Shown in pieces: positions 60,227 to 64,000 of a stretch of 64,000 nt of DNA. The DNA lies in the NCBI GenBank assembly GCA_965232515.1, contig CBDDPY010000002.1, positions 5,504,001 through 5,568,000 of the forward strand, written 5' to 3'. Position 1 is the stretch's first letter. Each line of letters starts with the position of its first letter. The stretch comes from Alphaproteobacteria bacterium. Its GTDB lineage: Bacteria > Pseudomonadota > Alphaproteobacteria > GCA-2731375. Both the position numbers and the translations under genes were made by a program. The notes below the pieces were generated by a model that ran no database searches, was not told the origin of the DNA, and worked only from the letters and a program-made list of their open reading frames with translations.

Positions 60227-61698
60227 GGCGCGGCCGGCGTTTCGCGGCCTTGTCCGTCGTGGCCTTGACGACGATGGCGGTGGGCCTGACCGGCTGCAGG
60301 ACGACCAATCCGGCGACCGGCCAGAGCGAGTTCACGCCCCTGATGACGCCGGCCCAAGAGGTCCAGGTCGGCGCCGAGGAACATCCCAAGATCATCAAGC
60401 GGTTCGGCGGCGTCTACGACGATCCTGATGTCGGCGGCTGGATCGCTCAGGTCGGCGGCGGGCTGGCCGCGAATTCCGAGCTGCCCGATCTCGCCTTCAC
60501 CTTTACCGTGCTGGATACGGATCAGGTCAACGCCTTTGCCGTGCCGGGCGGCTACATCTACATCACCCGCGGCCTGATCGCGCTCGCCAATACCGAGGCC
60601 GAGATCGCCGGCGTGCTGGCGCACGAGATCGGTCATGTCACGGCCCGGCACACGGCCCAGCGCTACAACCGCACGGTGGCGGCGAACCTGCTGACCACGG
60701 TGCTCGGCGCCGCCACCGGCAGCCGCGAGATCGCCCAGGTCGGCCAGCTCGTCGGCGCCGGCGTGCTCGCCAGCTATTCGCGCGACCAGGAATTCGAGGC
60801 CGACGTCCTGGGCGTGCGCTACATGAGCCGGACCGGCTACAACCCCTACGGTCAGGCCGACCTGTTGAGCCAGCTGCAGCGCGAGCGCGAACTGGCCTTG
60901 GCCATCGCCGGCCGCGAGGGCGAGGACCCGACGGCCAATTTCTTCGCCAGCCATCCGAATACGATCGAACGCGTGCAGCGCGCCGTTGCCGCCGCCAACG
61001 AAACCGGCGCCGCCAACGCGCCCTACCGCCGCGACGAATTCCTGGCCCGCGTCGATGGCCTGATCTATGGCGGCTCGCCCGACCACGGCTATATCCGCGG
61101 GCGCACCTTCTGGCATCCGAAGCTGCGCTTCGCCTTCACCGTGCCGCCCGATTTCCGGCTGATCAACACGCCGCGCGCGGTCTACGCCAAGGGGCCGGGC
61201 GGCGCGCAGATCCGCTTCGACATTTCCAAGAAGGCCGGCGGCGGCGATCCGCTCGCCTATCTCACCGATGTCTGGGCCCGCAAGCTGTTGCTGCGCGAGG
61301 TCGAGCGCATCACCGTCAACGGGCTGCCGGCGGCGACGGGGGCGGCCGACGTGAACACGCGGTCCGGCCGGCGCGGTCTCCGGCTGATCGCCGTGCGCTC
61401 ATCGACCGGCGCCATGTTCCGGCTGATGTTCGTGACGCCGCCCGGCCTCGAGGACCGGCTGCGGGAAGACCTGCAGCGCACGACGTACAGCCTGCGCGAG
61501 CTCAGCCCGGCGGAGGCGGCCCGGCTGAAGCCGCGGCGTATCCGCGTGGTTACGGTCGGCGTCGGTGATACGGTGGAAACGCTGGCCCAGCGCATGACCG
61601 TCGACGACTTTCCGGTCGAGCGCTTCCGGGTGCTGAACGCGCTGACGGCGGACGCCCGCCTGCGCGTCGGCGAGCGTGTAAAGATCGTTTCGGAGTAG
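60223..61698 (+). CDS. M48 family metalloprotease lipoprotein with C-terminal LysM-like region
   Basis: LTGC lipobox, NAFAVPGG, HEIGH, SRDQEFEAD, SHP. Confidence 0.92.
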   Translation: MRRGRRFAALSVVALTTMAVGLTGCRTTNPATGQSEFTPLMTPAQEVQVGAEEHPKIIKRFGGVYDDPDVGGWIAQVGGGLAANSELPDLAFTFTVLDTDQVNAFAVPGGYIYITRGLIALANTEAEIAGVLAHEIGHVTARHTAQRYNRTVAANLLTTVLGAATGSREIAQVGQLVGAGVLASYSRDQEFEADVLGVRYMSRTGYNPYGQADLLSQLQRERELALAIAGREGEDPTANFFASHPNTIERVQRAVAAANETGAANAPYRRDEFLARVDGLIYGGSPDHGYIRGRTFWHPKLRFAFTVPPDFRLINTPRAVYAKGPGGAQIRFDISKKAGGGDPLAYLTDVWARKLLLREVERITVNGLPAATGAADVNTRSGRRGLRLIAVRSSTGAMFRLMFVTPPGLEDRLREDLQRTTYSLRELSPAEAARLKPRRIRVVTVGVGDTVETLAQRMTVDDFPVERFRVLNALTADARLRVGERVKIVSE

Positions 61699-61703
61699 GG
61701 GCA

Positions 61704-62294
61704 ATGGTGGCGACGGCACGGGACAAGCTCGCGGATGGCATCGTCGACGCGGCGTTAGAGATCGCCGATGAACGGGGCTGGGATGCGGTGCGCCTGCACG
61801 ACGTCGCCGACCGGCTCGGCGTCGGTCTGCCGCGGATCCGCGCCTGCTATCCGGACCGCGACGCCGTCGCCGATGCCTGGCTTGGCCGCGCCGACGACGC
61901 CATGCTGTCGGTGCGCGAGCGCCCGGGCTTCGCCGAGCTGCCGGCGCGCGAGCGGCTGCAGGCGGCCTTGGACGCCTGGTTCAACGCGCTCGGACCCCGC
62001 CGGCGCATCCTGCGCAGCGTGCTGGTCTACAAGCTGCAGCCGCCGCACCTGCATCTGCAGGCGGGGCTGGTGGTCGCGACGTCGCGCCGGGTGCAATGGC
62101 TGCGCGAGGCGGCCGGCCTCGACGCCGAGGGCTTTCAATGCAGCATCGAAGAGTCCGGCCTGACGGCGCTGTTCGTGGCCGCCGTCGGCGTCTGGCTCAC
62201 CGATGACAGCGAGGACTACCGACGCACCCGCAATTTCATCGCCCAGCGGCTGCAGAACGCCGAAAATCTGATGCAGCGACTGTTCCGCGGCTGA
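61704..62294 (+). CDS. TetR-like regulator
   Basis: IVDAAL..A...GW..V.L.DVA.RLGV N-terminal HTH. Confidence 0.8.
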   Translation: MVATARDKLADGIVDAALEIADERGWDAVRLHDVADRLGVGLPRIRACYPDRDAVADAWLGRADDAMLSVRERPGFAELPARERLQAALDAWFNALGPRRRILRSVLVYKLQPPHLHLQAGLVVATSRRVQWLREAAGLDAEGFQCSIEESGLTALFVAAVGVWLTDDSEDYRRTRNFIAQRLQNAENLMQRLFRG

Positions 62295-62320
62295 GCGGTC
62301 ACATTGCTACGTTGTCGCCA

Positions 62321-62399
62321 AGGCCGCGACCGTGGCCCGCCGGCTTATCCGGCGCGCCCGCGCAGGCGCGGACCGCTAGGTCCGCTGCCGTGAGCGCAA
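62321..62399 (+). repeat. Multi-hairpin dispersed element, copy 4
   Basis: Near-identical to copy 1 with loop changes and one G-T stem variant. Confidence 0.88.
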
Positions 62400-62433
62400 C
62401 AGGCCTAAAACCGACCCGTCCCAAGGGACGGGT

Positions 62434-63318
62434 TTAGGCGATCAGCAGTTCGGTATCGTCCGTATCGCCGACGCGGCGCTCCAGCGACACGCGCAGTTTC
62501 TTCATGGCCTGGTGCTCGATCTGCCGCACCCGCTCCTTGCTGATGCCGAGGCGTTGGCCCAGCGCCTCCAGCGTCACCGTCTCCTCGCTCAGGCGCCGCT
62601 CGCGGATGATGGTCTGCTCGCGCTCGTTCAGCGCGCCCAGCGCCTCGTTCAGCCAACGGGCCCGGGTGGCGCCGTCGCGCAGCGCCGTTACCACCTCTTC
62701 CGGACCGGGACGGTCGTCCTCCAGAAAATCCTGCCATTCGCCGTCGCTGTCCTCGCCGACCGTGGCGTTCAGCGACCGGTCGTTGGCGCTGAGGCGCACC
62801 TCCATGGCCTCGACCTCGTGCAGGGCGACGTTCAGCTCATCCGCGATGAACTGCCGGCCCTCGTGGGTCAGCTGCAGGTCGCCGCCCTCGATCATCGCCC
62901 GCAGCCGGCGCAGGTTGAAGAACAACGATTTCTGGGCCGCGGTCGTGCCGGTGCGCACGATCGACCAGTTGCGCAGGATGAAGTCCTGAATGGCCGAGCG
63001 GATCCACCAGCTGGCATAGGTCGAAAAGCGCACCTCGCGGTCCGGATCGAACCGCGCCGCCGCCTGCATCAGGCCGATATTGCCCTCCTGCACCAGGTCG
63101 CCCATGGGCAGGCCATAGCTGCGGAAGCGCGACGCGGTGCTGATGACGAGGCGCATATAGGCCGAGACCAGCTCGTGCAGGGCTTCTTCGTCCTGCTCGA
63201 AGCGCCAGCGCTTAGCCAGGTCATGCTCGTGCTCGCGGCTGAGCAGCGGCGCCTTCATCGCCGTCTTGATGAAGCGGCGATTTGCCCGCTGCGTTTCCGG
63301 TGTGTCGATGAATGCCAT
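62434..63318 (-). CDS. rpoH: RNA polymerase sigma-32 factor (RpoH2-like)
   Basis: DLVQEGNIGLMQA, RFSTYASWWI, RpoH box QKSLFFNLR, ISKERVRQIE. Confidence 0.93.
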   Translation of the reverse strand: MAFIDTPETQRANRRFIKTAMKAPLLSREHEHDLAKRWRFEQDEEALHELVSAYMRLVISTASRFRSYGLPMGDLVQEGNIGLMQAAARFDPDREVRFSTYASWWIRSAIQDFILRNWSIVRTGTTAAQKSLFFNLRRLRAMIEGGDLQLTHEGRQFIADELNVALHEVEAMEVRLSANDRSLNATVGEDSDGEWQDFLEDDRPGPEEVVTALRDGATRARWLNEALGALNEREQTIIRERRLSEETVTLEALGQRLGISKERVRQIEHQAMKKLRVSLERRVGDTDDTELLIA

Positions 63319-63573
63319 GCGCGCGTTCCCCGGTTGCTCGCCTGCGACCACCCACCTGGCTGGCGTACCGGTTCGGCTTGCGGCTTGACCCGTACCCAGG
63401 CGCTAGGCGTGTCCCCCCTGCATTCATGTACGTACCGGATTCCACGTTGGATCAATTCTAAAACTCAGAAAATTCGACTCGACGCCGAATTCATCGATCT
63501 GCACGAATGATAAAATATTAGTTCAATTTAAGATTGTGTAGCCGGCGCGCTCGGACGGCCTTGGCGGCGCCGA

Positions 63574-64000
63574 TCAGGCTTCGATCCAGTCCAGGATCTC
63601 GCCGTGGGGGGTCAGGCAGGCGGCGCAGAGCGGGCCGCCGAAGCCGCACCCGCCGTCGATCGACAGCGTGTGCTCGGTGACCACGCGGCCGGCATGGTTG
63701 CGGTCGAAGCCGCGCACGATGCGCCGGAAATCGCCGTAAGGCGCGCGGATATCGTCGAAATAGCTGCTGCCCCACCAGAAGGTATCCCGCTGTTCCGACA
63801 GCGGCCGGTGCGGGTCGACGCCGGCATGCACGAACAGCAGATCGCCGCTGTCGCTGACCGCATAGCGGCGCAGCGCCGTCACCAGATCCTCATGACCGTG
63901 ATGCCGGCGCATGGCGGCCCGCAGCTCCATGGTCCAGCGGGTGATCGACACCGTGCCCTCGCGGCAGCGCTGGCGGGCGAGATCGATGTCGTCGCCATAG
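63574..64000 (-). CDS. Metallophosphoesterase family protein, 5' end outside window
   Basis: LFVHAG..P, Q....WW, IDGG.GFGG.L C-terminal motifs. Confidence 0.78.
   Translation of the reverse strand, partial: YGDDIDLARQRCREGTVSITRWTMELRAAMRRHHGHEDLVTALRRYAVSDSGDLLFVHAGVDPHRPLSEQRDTFWWGSSYFDDIRAPYGDFRRIVRGFDRNHAGRVVTEHTLSIDGGCGFGGPLCAACLTPHGEILDWIEA

Noticed and set aside
36522-62399. CRISPR interpretation of the 80-bp repeats or REP pairs
   Set aside because: Copies are kilobases apart with no spacer periodicity and no cas genes.

Overview
High-GC chromosomal window. Gene content (RpoH2-type sigma factor, PAS_5, PagL-like and ChaC genes, rhizobial-style palindromic repeats) points to an alphaproteobacterium, probably Rhodospirillales-like; this is inference. 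It holds about 55 genes, mostly accessory catabolic and transport functions (two TPP enzymes, ADP-forming acyl-CoA ligase, FadB-like, kdgK/eda, aminotransferases, orphan CoxL-like subunit, peptide ABC binding protein plus permeases, amidase, SDR, LLM), one tRNA-Arg(CCT), one IS30 element and several families of intergenic palindromic repeats. No CRISPR array, rRNA or prophage was seen. Most notable observations: (1) a 985-aa P-loop NTPase / Ser-Thr kinase / FHA fusion between a secreted Asp-box propeller gene behind a pho-box-like site and an ACP-adenylation-acyltransferase gene; (2) a four-copy, about 80-bp multi-hairpin element with structure-preserving variation; (3) an IS30 inserted into a REP-like palindrome that supplies the transposase stop codon; (4) an unassigned 118-nt long-stem RNA candidate; (5) a 270-bp TTAA-ended MITE-like element; (6) a full-length integrase lacking catalytic residues next to an att-like AT-rich tract. 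All calls come from reading motifs by eye; no database searches were run.
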